DNA of 9,108 bases, from contig NW_021828027.1 in assembly GCF_006345805.1 (NCBI RefSeq), positions 1 to 9,108 of the forward strand, written 5' to 3'. Shown piece after piece: positions 8,060 through 9,108 of this stretch (the first letter of the stretch is position 1; each line of letters opens with the position of its first letter). The notes beneath the pieces were generated by a model, which ran no database searches, had not been told where the DNA came from, and worked only from the letters and a program-made list of their open reading frames with translations. The stretch is from Octopus sinensis. Lineage: Eukaryota. The translations under genes and the position numbers were made by a program.

Positions 8060-8169
8060 AATAACGGTTTTGAGATTCATGACAACGTATGAATTGAATT
8101 AACAATCCAAAAACTTAAAAGATTATATAGTCTTTCATACAGAAAATAGAAAGTCTTGTTTTTTATAAT

Positions 8170-8540
8170 TTACTTGGTTCAATAATTGGACGAGAAAACG
8201 CTGCGGCAGCACATTGGAGGATTTAGTCGAAAACATTGTCTCCAATAAATACGCTCCTTATTTCAAACATCATATTTATTTTGTCTTACCCTTTACCGAT
8301 TTTCTACGTTATGGGATCGCAAACACAATTGTGAAGCGGTAGTGGCTGACATCCACTGACTCAAATACAGACACCCTCATGCATTATACATATATGTATT
8401 TATAATAGGTTTCCACGCAGTTTCCCTGTCAAATTTGCTCACAAAGGACCGAATATAAAACCGCATATTTATAAGACAAAATTCTCCAAATCTTCAGAAA
8501 ACCATCTACGCGTAATGATGCATTGTTGCAAGTTAGCGTC
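8170..8540 (-). mobile_element. Strongly diverged copy of the same SINE family as 7205-7584, in opposite orientation
   Basis: Colinear blocks match the reverse complement of the plus-strand SINE, e.g. ttacttggttcaataatt vs ttgcttgtttcagtcatt, tttaccga...cta.gttatggga...aaacaca vs tttgccgaaccactaacttatggagacataaacaca, and cagtttccctgtcaaatt vs cattttccgtctaccaatt. The 5' boundary is uncertain. Confidence 0.6.
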
Positions 8541-8989
8541 CTTTATTTTGAATGAGAAACGTCGCTTAATTTAGGGTAAAGATCTACTTATTTTGAGTGA
8601 ATAGGTTTTCTTTGGAAGGAGACTATAAGCGAAATTTTGTCGATATGGGGTACCACACATCAGTGAACTTTTTCTTTGGGTATGAAGTGATTAGAGAAAG
8701 AATGAAATGTGGCAGGGTTGTGTGGAGTGTCACTGAAAGTGGGGTAGGTTTTACCTTGTTAAATTTCCGAGTCTTGCAGTTGTTTTGATATCTCACAGAA
8801 AAATAAAAAATAGGAAATCACATAGCGTGAGGATGTGATAGAAAAATAATTAAATACAATTATAGATATGTAATTATCATAAACATAGTTGTTTAAAAAA
8901 GTGCGTCTAGTATGTATGTACACTTGTGTCTATTAAAACATTGGTGTATGTAGATAGACAAATACACATTAACTCCGAATACGCACCAA

Positions 8990-9069
8990 TGCCAAGACAT
9001 ACATACATCCACACATATACACATGGATATATTTAATATATATATATATATATATTATATATATAATAT

Positions 9070-9108
<39 letters not shown>
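8990..9108. repeat. (CATA)/(TA)n microsatellite running to the window end
   Basis: Directly visible repeats. Confidence 0.95.

Noticed and set aside
8597-8788. 63-aa ORF with a TTG/GTG-type start
   Set aside because: No recognisable motif, and a non-ATG start is implausible in this eukaryotic context.
1-9108. CRISPR array or prokaryotic operon-type system
   Set aside because: No regularly spaced repeats with unique spacers, and the composition and content are clearly those of a eukaryotic repeat landscape.

Overview
Eukaryotic, AT-rich, microsatellite-dense DNA that is intronic or intergenic. It is probably from an octopus (coleoid cephalopod), inferred from recalled SINE families and the repeat spectrum. 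No intact protein-coding gene is supported. Contents: (1) the 5'-truncated 3' end of a Tx1/L1-type non-LTR retrotransposon (zinc-knuckle C-terminus, 3' UTR, AATAAA) inside a (TATC)n tract, plus an inverted ~87-bp copy of its extreme 3' end inside a second (TATC)n tract; (2) a decayed CR1-type reverse transcriptase fragment; (3) three tRNA-derived SINE copies or fragments; (4) three minus-strand motifs with minimal type I hammerhead ribozyme architecture, two of them 295 nt apart in the same orientation, as in Penelope-like or retrozyme units; (5) long TA, CA, AAT/ATT, AGT and GATA/GACA microsatellites, which explain most ORFs in the supplied track. The main leads are a possible (GATA/TATC)n-targeting Tx1 lineage and a paired hammerhead element with non-canonical cores.
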